A DNA stretch of 64,000 nucleotides from an uncultured Gammaproteobacteria bacterium (GTDB taxonomy: Bacteria; Patescibacteriota; Microgenomatia; JALYQM01): positions 1,280,826 to 1,344,825 of the forward strand of contig CAYOFQ010000001.1 of the NCBI GenBank assembly GCA_964403585.1. The letters run 5' to 3'. Shown here piece after piece: positions 26,658 through 36,274 of this stretch (its first letter is position 1; every line of letters starts with the position of its first letter). The translations under genes were made by a program, and so were the position numbers. The notes under the pieces were generated by a model that was not told where the DNA came from, made no database searches, and worked only from the letters and a program-made list of their open reading frames with translations.

Positions 26658-27590
26658 CTATTTCTTGAGTTCTCTCACCCGTTCTTTGAGCGTCTCAGCA
26701 GAGGCACCGAATAACTTCTGTTCCTCTTCAGACAAATCTATATCCAGAACCTTTTCAATACCGTTAGCACCAATTACTGTCGGCAAACTAACACAAATAT
26801 CAGTCACACCAAATTGTCCGGTCATCATACTGGAAACCGGTAAAACCGTATGTTGGTTCCTCACTATAGTTTCAACCAGATCAAGAAGCCCGAGTCCTAT
26901 GGCGTAATAAGTAGCCATTTTCTTTTCAATAATCTCATAAGCAGCATTTTTGGTTTTATTGAATATATCGTCCATTGCTGCTTGGTCAAAACCAACTCCT
27001 GAAGCAGATACAAAATTCTTCAAGGGAATACCTCCGATTAATGCACCGCTCCACCATGGAAACTCACTATCACCATGTTCACCAAGCATATATGCATGAA
27101 CGCTGCGCGGGTCAACCTGGTATCGTTCACCAAGGAAATAGCGCAATCTGGCCGTATCAAGAATTGTTCCTGATCCAATAATTTTATGCGCGGGAAGCCC
27201 GCTCATAGCATGAGCCAAATACGTGAGGATATCAACCGGATTGGAAGCCAAAACGATAATTCCATCCGGATTAGCTTTAACAACTTCAGGTATAATTGAT
27301 CCCAAAATTCCGGCATTCTTTTCCAGCAGCTGCAAACGAGTCTCACCCGGCTTTTGCGCCGCACCTGCAGTTATAACCGTGACCGCTGCCCCGGCTAAAT
27401 CTTTATATTCACCGGCATAGATCTTAACCGGTTTTACAAACGATAACCCATGGTTCAAATCCATTGCTTCACCAACCGCCCGGGCGTGGTTAGCATCAAT
27501 CAGCACCATCTCGCTGGCAAGACCTCGTTGCATTAACGAATAGGCAAACGATGCACCAACCATACCGGCGCCAACAATACCTATTTTCAT
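26658..27590 (-). CDS. ldh: L-lactate dehydrogenase
   Basis: GIVGAGMVGAS Rossmann motif, AAQKPGETRLQLL (Gln specificity residue), GEHGDSEFP LDH signature, 310 aa. Confidence 0.9.
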   Translation of the reverse strand: MKIGIVGAGMVGASFAYSLMQRGLASEMVLIDANHARAVGEAMDLNHGLSFVKPVKIYAGEYKDLAGAAVTVITAGAAQKPGETRLQLLEKNAGILGSIIPEVVKANPDGIIVLASNPVDILTYLAHAMSGLPAHKIIGSGTILDTARLRYFLGERYQVDPRSVHAYMLGEHGDSEFPWWSGALIGGIPLKNFVSASGVGFDQAAMDDIFNKTKNAAYEIIEKKMATYYAIGLGLLDLVETIVRNQHTVLPVSSMMTGQFGVTDICVSLPTVIGANGIEKVLDIDLSEEEQKLFGASAETLKERVRELKK

Positions 27591-27720
27591 AGTAACTCCT
27601 TCTGTTCCACGAATTTATAACCTCTAGAATGTACAACTAATAGGGAAATTATTCAATGATATAGTTGATCATTAAAGTCGAGAAAGTGGACTTATTTCGT
27701 AGCTTTAAAGGCAAGCTTTG

Positions 27721-27790
27721 TGGTGACCTTCTCTGCCAAACCGCTAATGGCAGAGCAGAGCATTAAACGCGAAGCGTTATGCGTGTCACC
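27721..27790. other. Structured intergenic element (nested inverted repeats) between the holA-like gene and ldh
   Basis: GGTGAC...GTCACC outer repeat enclosing CTCTGCCA-9nt-TGGCAGAG and AACGC-GAA-GCGTT hairpins; likely terminator/attenuator. Confidence 0.35.
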
Positions 27791-27812
27791 ATCAAAGTTT
27801 GCCGGAAAAGAA

Positions 27813-28475
27813 CTACTTCGTCACTTTATACACAAACTGCTCCACCATCACCTCAGCAACACCGTCTCCTGTTTTCAACTGAACATCCATTTGCAACAAC
27901 AAATAATAAATTTTCCGTAACTCTTCAAAAGAAAAGTTTGCCTTAAAACTCTCCACCTTCTTTTTGACAAAACCATTCGCCATCTCCGGCACCAGAATTT
28001 GCCTGAATTGCCAAACAAGCATTGTTACCAGATAAATCGGATCATTACCCTCAGCCTTTAACTTCATATATTCCCGTAGGGCAATAATTCGCTTGCGGCT
28101 CGCTACCGCATCCAGGAAAGGAAAAACACTCAGGTCTGGCTTCTCTTCAAAAACCTCAACTTTGCCCTTCGCCTTAGTAATTGCACCAATAAGCGCATCA
28201 TTTGACCTGAGAACGGATCCGACCCAAATAATCAGGTCAACACCCGAAGTCGAAATCGAATTTAAATCAAGTTGCTTCGGATCTGGCTTCTCTTCTACCA
28301 CCACTACCCGTTTTTCATCAAACATCGACATCGTAGAAAAAAGTAAAGGAAACTGAGCATAGTCAATCTCTTTCGCTGCCAGCACGGAAATCGAAGTAGG
28401 CTCGTATTCCGAACGCAACTCCTCAAGCTTTTTCCGGCTGGACACAACATCATTACCATGTAGAAGATATATCAT
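27813..28475 (-). CDS. holA: DNA polymerase III delta subunit-like (short HolA)
   Basis: MIYLLHGNDVV... and LFSTMSMFDEKRVVVVEE resemble the HolA N-terminal clamp-loader fold; only 220 aa, so assignment is moderate. Confidence 0.5.
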   Translation of the reverse strand: MIYLLHGNDVVSSRKKLEELRSEYEPTSISVLAAKEIDYAQFPLLFSTMSMFDEKRVVVVEEKPDPKQLDLNSISTSGVDLIIWVGSVLRSNDALIGAITKAKGKVEVFEEKPDLSVFPFLDAVASRKRIIALREYMKLKAEGNDPIYLVTMLVWQFRQILVPEMANGFVKKKVESFKANFSFEELRKIYYLLLQMDVQLKTGDGVAEVMVEQFVYKVTK

Positions 28476-28513
28476 TTCTGGATAAGTCTACAGCAAGGAA
28501 TCCGAATAGTAAA

Positions 28514-28966
28514 CTAACGGTAAAGGTCAGGGAGTCTTTCAGGGTACTTCTTTAACAGGTAAACCCAGTTTAATTTGGTAGCAATAGTAGTATCCATTTT
28601 CATACACTCATCAAGGGTAAACCAGCCAAATTGTACACATTTAGTCGGTTCAAGAATTTTCGGTTCACCCGATTCTAAGGTACACAGGTATACCGGCGAA
28701 ACCCAATGCTGATGCTCTCCGGGGATAAAATGATCACATACTCCAAGCAATTCTACAACTTTTACAGTAATACCAAATTCTTCCAACGCCTCTCGAACCA
28801 CCGTGTCCTCAAGTTTTTCCCCGAAATCAACACCACCCCCGGGACACTCCCACTTTCCCGCTTCATTCCGCACCGCTCTTCCACGCAAGCCCATCAGTAT
28901 TTTACCTTCACGATTAACAATCACCGCACCAACAGCTACACCAATATAATCAACACCTTTTTTCAT
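28514..28966 (-). CDS. NUDIX hydrolase
   Basis: Nudix box GGGVDFGEKLEDTVVREALEEFGITV; 150 aa. Confidence 0.8.
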   Translation of the reverse strand: MKKGVDYIGVAVGAVIVNREGKILMGLRGRAVRNEAGKWECPGGGVDFGEKLEDTVVREALEEFGITVKVVELLGVCDHFIPGEHQHWVSPVYLCTLESGEPKILEPTKCVQFGWFTLDECMKMDTTIATKLNWVYLLKKYPERLPDLYR

Positions 28967-29448
28967 TGGGAATACTCCTTAAGTAATGATGCTAAACGTT
29001 CTCTACTCAAACTAACTAACTTAGAATCCTGATCCAGTTCACTCCCGGTTATTTCTGGGCCAAACCATGCCGGCGGATTAAACCCACGTGCTTCCTCCTC
29101 GGATCCAAATTCAACTTCAACACGCATAAAACCTTCTAACTGACCATGATAAACTTTTATTGAAATTTCAGGATTCTCACTATATTGGTAACCATCCCGA
29201 ACAATACTTTTTAGTGCATACTTTTTAAGAAATTCAAACTCAGACTCAGAAATAGTAAGTTTAGATTTTTCGGCCGACAAATAATCTTTTTTACTCTTAC
29301 GCTCCAACTCAAAATTCGCACCTTTATGTTGAATACGCAGTTCTGTGCCTTGTTCAAGGTAAATAAAATGACGTTCGTACGGGATAATCTGAAGGCGAGA
29401 GATATCAGGAAGGTGTTTAATTAAAAACTTGCGTTCTATCTCATTCAT
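28963..29448 (-). CDS. CYTH-domain (triphosphate tunnel metalloenzyme; CyaB/ThTPase-like) protein
   Basis: N-terminal EIERKFLIK signature (ExExK) and about 160-aa size typical of CYTH; stop overlaps the downstream Nudix start by 4 nt. Confidence 0.7.
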   Translation of the reverse strand: MNEIERKFLIKHLPDISRLQIIPYERHFIYLEQGTELRIQHKGANFELERKSKKDYLSAEKSKLTISESEFEFLKKYALKSIVRDGYQYSENPEISIKVYHGQLEGFMRVEVEFGSEEEARGFNPPAWFGPEITGSELDQDSKLVSLSRERLASLLKEYSQ

Positions 29449-29461
29449 GAAACCTATTGTA

Positions 29462-30730
29462 TCACTGTTTAACTTGTGCCGACTTAGTTGCCTCAGCAGT
29501 AGGTGAAGGCGGATGAATACTTTCCTCTATCCATTTCTTGACTTGCGCTTGCACACCACTCCAATCATCTTTACCGGCTACAGGAGCTAATACATAGGCT
29601 CCACCATACAACGCAGGATTCCCGACTTCCAGAAGCGGATCGGTGCCTTCGGCCGACACACTATGCGATTCTATCTTCCCATCCTTAGCCCGTTGTAATA
29701 ATTTAAAGAATTCACCGTATTCACCCGGATCAACATCAGTCTCAATACTCTCCCCAAACGTATTTAACAATGATCCAACTTTAGCCGGATTTAGTAAGGT
29801 CTCAGTGGAAAAAACTTTCTGTTTAATGCCTGAAATAACTTTTTCCTGTCGGCGTGAACGGGCAAAGTCACTCCCCTCATTATTTGTACCATGCCTGGAT
29901 CGCACAAATTTAAGCGCCGTCTTGCCATCCAAAGTAAGCGGACCTTTCTTGAACGTAAGCACTTCATACCGGCATGCGTAAGGATTAACAGTCTCCGGTA
30001 CCGGCTGATTGCTGGCATCCACCAGCTTTTTAACCGTAATTTCACCGCTCTCGCTGGCAATTTTCTCTTCGATCTCCTTATACCCACACATATCCCGCTC
30101 TTTACCATCGATCGGATATTGTGAATCACTGAACGCGGTATCAACCGTTACATCAATTCCCCCAAGTAAATCAATGGCTTTTTCAAATCCACCGAAGTCT
30201 ATTCTCAGAGCATAATGTATTGGCAATCCAACGATTTTGCCGTACTCCTCTTTTGCTTGTACCAAGCCCTGCTTATCCCCTTTCTCGAAACCATACGCAT
30301 ACACAGCATTTAACTTGGAACGGGTACCGGACACCCAGATATCCCGTGGTAAAGGAATTAACACGGCATGACCCGTTTTAATATCAATACTTGCCACAAT
30401 CATGGTATCCGAAAGATACGGTCCGTCATGACCTTTTCCCCCGATACCAAGTAGCGCTATATTTGTACGGCCATTATCATTTTTTACCTGAGGATCTTTA
30501 TTAGCAACATACGAAACAATCGCATTTGGAGCTTTAAGTAAATCTCCTCCCTTAACCTTTAATCCCGATAAAAATGACCAGGCATAATACCCGATCAGCA
30601 GAACAATAAAACCAATCGTAGCACCAATAACTAAAGGCCAGTTAAAGCGAATAACCCCCACGCCGATAGCGACGCGGGGTTTATTCTTTTGTTGCTTTTT
30701 TTGAGAATCATCGTAATTAACGTAGCGCAT
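29462..30730 (-). CDS. LytR-CpsA-Psr (LCP) family cell-envelope glycopolymer transferase
   Basis: N-terminal TM; RTNIALLGIGGKGHDGPYLSDTMIVASIDIKTGHAVLIPLPRDIWV is the LCP core motif. Confidence 0.85.
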   Translation of the reverse strand: MRYVNYDDSQKKQQKNKPRVAIGVGVIRFNWPLVIGATIGFIVLLIGYYAWSFLSGLKVKGGDLLKAPNAIVSYVANKDPQVKNDNGRTNIALLGIGGKGHDGPYLSDTMIVASIDIKTGHAVLIPLPRDIWVSGTRSKLNAVYAYGFEKGDKQGLVQAKEEYGKIVGLPIHYALRIDFGGFEKAIDLLGGIDVTVDTAFSDSQYPIDGKERDMCGYKEIEEKIASESGEITVKKLVDASNQPVPETVNPYACRYEVLTFKKGPLTLDGKTALKFVRSRHGTNNEGSDFARSRRQEKVISGIKQKVFSTETLLNPAKVGSLLNTFGESIETDVDPGEYGEFFKLLQRAKDGKIESHSVSAEGTDPLLEVGNPALYGGAYVLAPVAGKDDWSGVQAQVKKWIEESIHPPSPTAEATKSAQVKQ

Positions 30731-31376
30731 TAAGCATCTCCAAAAACTTGCTTGGGTCTAAGGATGCGGAACCAACCACCACACCATAAAGATTTGGAGA
30801 TTGGACGTACGTGTTCACATTATCAGGAGTAACACTACCGCCATACATACCATACAGGTCTTGGCGGCCATTGGCAAGATGTACAACCATATCATTGGCG
30901 GTTTGAGCATCAATAGCGGCACCGGTACCTATCGCATTTACCGGTTCCCAGGCAAAATAGGTGACGCCGTCCGGTATAGTATCCTCTTCACCTCGAATAA
31001 GGACAACCGGCTCAATGCCATACTTGCGGGATAACTCTGATTTTTTAACCATATCATCATTAGTCTCAGCGAAATTCTTGCGCCGTTCGGAATGACCGAC
31101 TAATGCATATGAAACTACACCCGAAAGCATTTTTGCACTTACTTCACCGGTGAAAGCACCTTCTTCAAGGGACGACACTGTCTGCGCTCCCAGTTTGAGA
31201 CGGTAGCCTTTTTCTTCAATTACGGCACTCAGCATGTCCAAAGACAGAAACGAGGGACAAACCACAACATCGATGTCTTGTAACTCAGGAACCTGAGGCC
31301 CTACCTGATGTATCCATTCGATACTCTCTTCAATTGTTTTATAACATTTCCAGTTTGCAATAATTAGTTTTTTCAT
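30717..31376 (-). CDS. tpiA: Triosephosphate isomerase
   Basis: IANWKCY, GHSERR, AWEPVNAIGTG, YGGSV motifs. Confidence 0.9.
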   Translation of the reverse strand: MKKLIIANWKCYKTIEESIEWIHQVGPQVPELQDIDVVVCPSFLSLDMLSAVIEEKGYRLKLGAQTVSSLEEGAFTGEVSAKMLSGVVSYALVGHSERRKNFAETNDDMVKKSELSRKYGIEPVVLIRGEEDTIPDGVTYFAWEPVNAIGTGAAIDAQTANDMVVHLANGRQDLYGMYGGSVTPDNVNTYVQSPNLYGVVVGSASLDPSKFLEMLNALR

Positions 31377-31379
31377 AAG

Positions 31380-31691
31380 TTAGAGATACGATTCAATAAT
31401 TTTTTTAAATTCGGCCTTCGGCTTATAACCAATAACCCGACCGGTTTCTTTATCTTCTTTAACCACAACATAAGTAGGAATACTCATAACCCCAAACTGA
31501 GCTGCGATATCTGTCTGAGCATCTACATCAATTCGCTCAATGGCGACTTTATCATGCCATTCCTTCTCTAATTCTGCTAAAATCGGATCCATCATTTTAC
31601 ACGGACCACACCAGTCGGCATAAAAATCCAGTAATTTAACCATAAAACCCCCTTCTCGCGTCACATTTTCTAACGCTTTATTATTATACAC
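31380..31691 (-). CDS. trxA: Thioredoxin
   Basis: WCGPC active site, about 100 aa thioredoxin fold. Confidence 0.85.
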   Translation of the reverse strand: MYNNKALENVTREGGFMVKLLDFYADWCGPCKMMDPILAELEKEWHDKVAIERIDVDAQTDIAAQFGVMSIPTYVVVKEDKETGRVIGYKPKAEFKKIIESYL

Positions 31692-31726
31692 CCGGGTGAC
31701 AACCGGTACGTTTTATAAAATTATAC

Positions 31727-32338
31727 TTAGCTTAATAATTTGGCACCGTACGTAGTAATAAAATGCTTAACAGGATACGTCAGTTCACAATCGGTCAGTT
31801 CATCTAAAGTTAGCCAGTGGAGCTTCTTGCTCTCATTATTCAATACTATTGGCTGGGAATCATCCAAAAGTCCGGTATATAAATGCCACCTATGACAATC
31901 AACACCCATACTGCATTCATCACCAACTAAATCCTCTTCGACAAATAATTGAACACTGGGAATATCAAAACCAATCTCTTCAACCAGCTCTTTATGAATT
32001 GCATCTTCAGCACTCTCTTTTCCTTCAAGGTGCCCGGATAAAATACTTACGGAGTATGGATAGATAAGCCGTTCAAAAACGAGTAATTTACCTGAGGTAT
32101 CGCGCAAAAATATACCCACACTTTCCTGCCACAGCTCTTTTGTCTGAACATCAATCCACCATCGGGCTCCAAGAGACACATCATCAATCACCAGTCTTCG
32201 GGGATAAAGTCTATCACAAGAATTGCACTGAAATTGTAATCCCTTCTCAGTTTTTACTGACGTAACCGTTTCACTATGACAAAAAAAACAAAGCTCATGT
32301 CGTTTTCCATCAGTTGGAATAGTAAAGTCAATTTTCAT
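31727..32338 (-). CDS. Zinc-ribbon + NUDIX hydrolase (NudC-like architecture)
   Basis: CFFCHS...CNSC zinc-ribbon cysteines then Nudix box SGHLEGKESAEDAIHKELVEEIGF. Confidence 0.7.
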   Translation of the reverse strand: MKIDFTIPTDGKRHELCFFCHSETVTSVKTEKGLQFQCNSCDRLYPRRLVIDDVSLGARWWIDVQTKELWQESVGIFLRDTSGKLLVFERLIYPYSVSILSGHLEGKESAEDAIHKELVEEIGFDIPSVQLFVEEDLVGDECSMGVDCHRWHLYTGLLDDSQPIVLNNESKKLHWLTLDELTDCELTYPVKHFITTYGAKLLS

Positions 32339-32347
32339 AAATTAAGC

Positions 32348-32377
32348 TTGACGCCTCCCTATTTCAAGTGTATTAAT
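32348..32377 (+). promoter_or_regulatory. Candidate promoter TTGACG-17-(TG)TATTAAT, leaderless arrangement for pcrA
   Basis: TTGACG 32348-32353; TATTAA(T) 32371-32377; ATG at 32384. Confidence 0.4.
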
Positions 32378-32383
32378 GATACC

Positions 32384-34498
32384 ATGTCTCATTCCATACT
32401 CAACGATCTCAATCCCGTGCAACAGCAAGCTGTCGCACAAACAGATGGTCCGGTACTTATCTTAGCCGGCGCCGGATCAGGAAAAACCCGCGTGCTCACC
32501 TATCGGACAGTATACCTCATGACGGAAAAAAGGATTCCCGGCAACCATATTTTAATGGTTACTTTTACCAATAAAGCCGCCGGAGAAATGAAAGAACGCG
32601 TAAAAAAGCTATTGGCTAATTTAGAGGATGAAAATGGCTCCACAATTCAGGCCAACAAATATACCTTACCATTCATGGGCACATTTCATTCATTCTGTTC
32701 CCGGCTCTTGCGGATTGAAGGCCGTCACATTGGATTATCTCCAAACTACCTTATTTATGATTCTGACGACCAAAAAACGCTTATACGCAATATTCTTAAA
32801 GACATGGATATTGATGTAAAAAAAGTAAATCCTTCTGCAATCCATGCAATTATTTCTCAGAGTAAGAACGAAAATATCTCAGCTCGGGAATATGCCCAAG
32901 TAGCAAAGGGACCCTATCAGCAAGTGGTAGCCCAGGTTTTTGAAACGTACTCGAAACGGCTCAATGATATCGACGCCTTGGACTTTGATGATTTACTGAC
33001 GAAAAGTATTGAGCTTTTCCGCAACGTTCCTACAGTTTTAGATAAATACCAGGAACTTTTCAAATACATCATGGTCGACGAGTACCAAGATACCAACCAT
33101 GTCCAATACACTATCACCAGACTGCTTGCTCAAAAGTATCAGAATATTTGTGTTGTTGGCGATATGAGCCAGTCAATATATAAATTTCGTGGTGCAGATA
33201 TACGCAATATTATTGCCTTTGAAAAAGATTATCCTAAAGCAAACGTTTTCTCTCTTGAGGAAAATTACCGCTCCACGCAATACATATTAGACACAGCCAC
33301 CGCCGTAATAAGTAAAAACACCGGACATAAGGTTTTAAAGCTTTTTACCAAAAACCCGTCCGGGCTGCCTATCACCATCTATGAGGCCCAGAATGAAATT
33401 GATGAAGCCTATTACATCATTAAACAAATTGTGAATAATGAATTCTTATATAAAGATGTCGCAGTACTTTATCGAACTAATGCCCAATCACGAACACTTG
33501 AAGAAGCCTTCATAAAAAATAGTATCCCCTATAAGTTAATCGGCGGACTGCGCTTTTATGATCGAAAAGAAATTAGAGATCTGTTAGCGTATTTGCGTTA
33601 CTTAAGAAATCCGAAAGACAACGTCTCACTTGAACGTATTACTAAAATCGGCAAAACCAAACTTAAAAAATTTCAGGAATTCCAGAAACAATATCAGCAA
33701 ACGATGGCTGATCTGAAAGAGCTGGAAAGTGACTCTAAAAAGCCGGAAAAGAAAGCCCAACAACAAGAGCCGCAAACACTTGAATTCTCGTTTTTTGAGG
33801 AACAACCGGTCATTGAAGTAACACCAAACAACCCCACTCCCAACGAGAATCCGTTCGCATTTACACCGGTGGATGAAGCCGCGCATACAACGCTCCAGTT
33901 GCTGGATAAAATTATCGATGTTACCGATTATATTGACTATATTGATGATGGTACCGAGATGGGAGCCCAGAAAGTTGAAAACATTAAAGAGTTAAAGACA
34001 GTCGCTGCTCAATATCCGCAACTCGACCAGTTTCTTGAAAATGTTTCTCTTCTGGAGGGACCTGAAACCATTTCCGGACGACATCGTGCCGAAACAGAAT
34101 ATAACGCGGTAACGTTAATGACGTTACACGCGGCAAAAGGGCTTGAATTCAAACATGTATTCATCGTCGGATGGGAAGAAGGTCTATTTCCTCACTCCCG
34201 AGCACTCCTTGATAACAATGAACTTGAAGAAGAACGCCGTTTGGCATATGTCGGTATTACTCGGGCAATGCAGGATCTCTATTTAACCTACACAATCAAT
34301 CGCACTATCTATGGGTCGCATCAAACATCAATCGTTTCACGCTTCATCGCAGATATTCCGGAAAGTTTAATCAAATTCGAAAACGCCTACACACAAAGTG
34401 GTAGGCGTTCAAATGCAATTGGTGGTCAAAGCTATCGAAGTAAGATTCAGTATTATGCTGACCAGCTGGATAACATGCAGGATGACATCAGCTGGTAA
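32384..34498 (+). CDS. pcrA: ATP-dependent DNA helicase PcrA/UvrD (SF1)
   Basis: LNPVQQQAV, AGAGSGKTRVLTYR (motif I), DEYQDTN (motif II), VGDMSQSIYKFRGA, later motifs through VTLMTLHAAKGLEF; start taken at ATG 32384 (MSHSILNDL) rather than the track's upstream extension. Confidence 0.9.
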   Translation: MSHSILNDLNPVQQQAVAQTDGPVLILAGAGSGKTRVLTYRTVYLMTEKRIPGNHILMVTFTNKAAGEMKERVKKLLANLEDENGSTIQANKYTLPFMGTFHSFCSRLLRIEGRHIGLSPNYLIYDSDDQKTLIRNILKDMDIDVKKVNPSAIHAIISQSKNENISAREYAQVAKGPYQQVVAQVFETYSKRLNDIDALDFDDLLTKSIELFRNVPTVLDKYQELFKYIMVDEYQDTNHVQYTITRLLAQKYQNICVVGDMSQSIYKFRGADIRNIIAFEKDYPKANVFSLEENYRSTQYILDTATAVISKNTGHKVLKLFTKNPSGLPITIYEAQNEIDEAYYIIKQIVNNEFLYKDVAVLYRTNAQSRTLEEAFIKNSIPYKLIGGLRFYDRKEIRDLLAYLRYLRNPKDNVSLERITKIGKTKLKKFQEFQKQYQQTMADLKELESDSKKPEKKAQQQEPQTLEFSFFEEQPVIEVTPNNPTPNENPFAFTPVDEAAHTTLQLLDKIIDVTDYIDYIDDGTEMGAQKVENIKELKTVAAQYPQLDQFLENVSLLEGPETISGRHRAETEYNAVTLMTLHAAKGLEFKHVFIVGWEEGLFPHSRALLDNNELEEERRLAYVGITRAMQDLYLTYTINRTIYGSHQTSIVSRFIADIPESLIKFENAYTQSGRRSNAIGGQSYRSKIQYYADQLDNMQDDISW

Positions 34499-34519
34499 AC
34501 GTAGCCAAGACGGCTCGGA

Positions 34520-36082
34520 TTACCGAGCCGTTGCGACTGACCGTGTTTCTCTAATAACAGTAACTTTAATCTGACCCGGAAAATTCTTAAGCCGGGATTC
34601 AAGTTCTTTTGCAATCTTCTTTGAAAGCATCGTTGCTTCCGCATCATCAACATGCGATGACTTAACCAGAACACGAAGCTCACGACCTGCCTGAACCGCA
34701 AATACACGGTCAACTTTATCTCTTCCCCCGATTTCCCACACCGTATCTTCTTCAGTTCGTAACCGGTCAATATATTCCTGGACACTTTCGTGCCGGGCTC
34801 CGGGACGCGAACCTGAAATTGCGTCAGCAATATACACAATCATGGATTCAGCACTTGAGAACGGCTCATCCTCATGGTGTTCCGCAACTGCACGAATAAC
34901 TTTCTCCGGGAATTTATATTGCTTCAACAATTTGACACCGAGTTCGATGTGCGTTCCTTCTTCATCCTGAATAATTTTTCCGATATCATGGAACAAACAC
35001 GCCAATTTAACGATATCAACATCAGCACCGACTTCTTTAGCAATAGCCACACCTATTTTTGTTTCTTCCAGCGTATGAGTAATCATACTTTGACCATACG
35101 AGAATCGGTGTTTAAATCTACCCAGCATCTCAACCAACTCTAAGGGAAGGTTATAGACACCCACTGCAGCACACAATTTCTCACCTTCTTCGCGCATTAA
35201 CTTCTCTTCTTCTTTCCGGGTCTTCTCGACTACCTCCTCAATCTTAACCGGCTGAATACGCCCATCAGCCATCAAACGCTCCAAAGCCTTTTTGGCGATC
35301 GCACGTCGTACTGAGTCAAAACTTGAAAGCAGGATCTCTCCGGGTGTCTCATCAATCTCGACATCAACTCCGGTAGCCATCTCAAAAGCCTTAATATTCC
35401 GTCCTTCTTTTCCAATAATCCGACCCTTCATATCTTCATCAACAAGTTTTACGCGAGTCGAAGTATATTCAGGTACGTAGTCGGTAGCACCATGCAGCAT
35501 AGCGGTAACTACAATATCGCGGGCTTTCTCTTCAGCCTGAATCTTAGCTTCGTGCTCAGCCTCTCGTACTCGTTTAGCAATTTCATCTTTTAAGTTCTTT
35601 TCCGTAGCCTCTAAGATAAGCGCCTTTGCCTCTTCTTTAGTCAACTGTGCTGCTCGTTCCAATTTTGCTAATTGCTCAGCCTTTACCTTCTCAACCTCAG
35701 CCAGTTTAGCATCGAGATCAGACTGGCGACCAATTAAAGAAGCTTCACGATTTTCAACCTGAGTAAGTTTTCTATCCAAACTCTCTTCTTTCTGTTGTAT
35801 TCTTGTTTCCAAAGCCAGAAAATCTTTACGAGCCTGACGAATCTCATCCTCAGCGGTTTTCTTCAGTTTGAAAGCCTCGTCTTTTGCCTCCAGCACAATC
35901 TCGCGCGCCTTCTGACGGGCCTCCATAATTTCTCGATCACTGTGCTGTGTCTGGGGTATAGGTTGTGTGCCGGTCTGTATCGGTTGTTCCGGAGTAGATT
36001 TTTTTCTTTGGGTCTCCCGGTAAACAAATACAGCTATGACACCCACCAACCCTATGAGCAGGACCAGGGACTGGGTATCCAT
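34520..36082 (-). CDS. rny: Ribonuclease Y
   Basis: N-terminal TM, coiled-coil, KH domain, HD domain (LFHDIGK), 520 aa. Confidence 0.9.
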   Translation of the reverse strand: MDTQSLVLLIGLVGVIAVFVYRETQRKKSTPEQPIQTGTQPIPQTQHSDREIMEARQKAREIVLEAKDEAFKLKKTAEDEIRQARKDFLALETRIQQKEESLDRKLTQVENREASLIGRQSDLDAKLAEVEKVKAEQLAKLERAAQLTKEEAKALILEATEKNLKDEIAKRVREAEHEAKIQAEEKARDIVVTAMLHGATDYVPEYTSTRVKLVDEDMKGRIIGKEGRNIKAFEMATGVDVEIDETPGEILLSSFDSVRRAIAKKALERLMADGRIQPVKIEEVVEKTRKEEEKLMREEGEKLCAAVGVYNLPLELVEMLGRFKHRFSYGQSMITHTLEETKIGVAIAKEVGADVDIVKLACLFHDIGKIIQDEEGTHIELGVKLLKQYKFPEKVIRAVAEHHEDEPFSSAESMIVYIADAISGSRPGARHESVQEYIDRLRTEEDTVWEIGGRDKVDRVFAVQAGRELRVLVKSSHVDDAEATMLSKKIAKELESRLKNFPGQIKVTVIRETRSVATAR

Positions 36083-36274
36083 AAATTCCTTTCATCAGGA
36101 AAAGCGGGGTGCATGAAGGACCTATCCTACGTTGAGGACGAGGGATGCGCGACAGATAAAGTAAAAACTGAGTTCAAATAGACCACTGGGTAAAATACCT
36201 TCATGCGAAACCAAGACATTTCCTTATTTTTATTGTGTTTAAACTAATACGTAATAATTGACCAGTATACAATC

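Noticed and set aside
27720-27920. 66-aa + ORF in the holA-ldh spacer
   Set aside because: Overlaps the 3' end of the minus-strand holA-like gene and the structured intergenic element, with no RBS. Likely non-coding.
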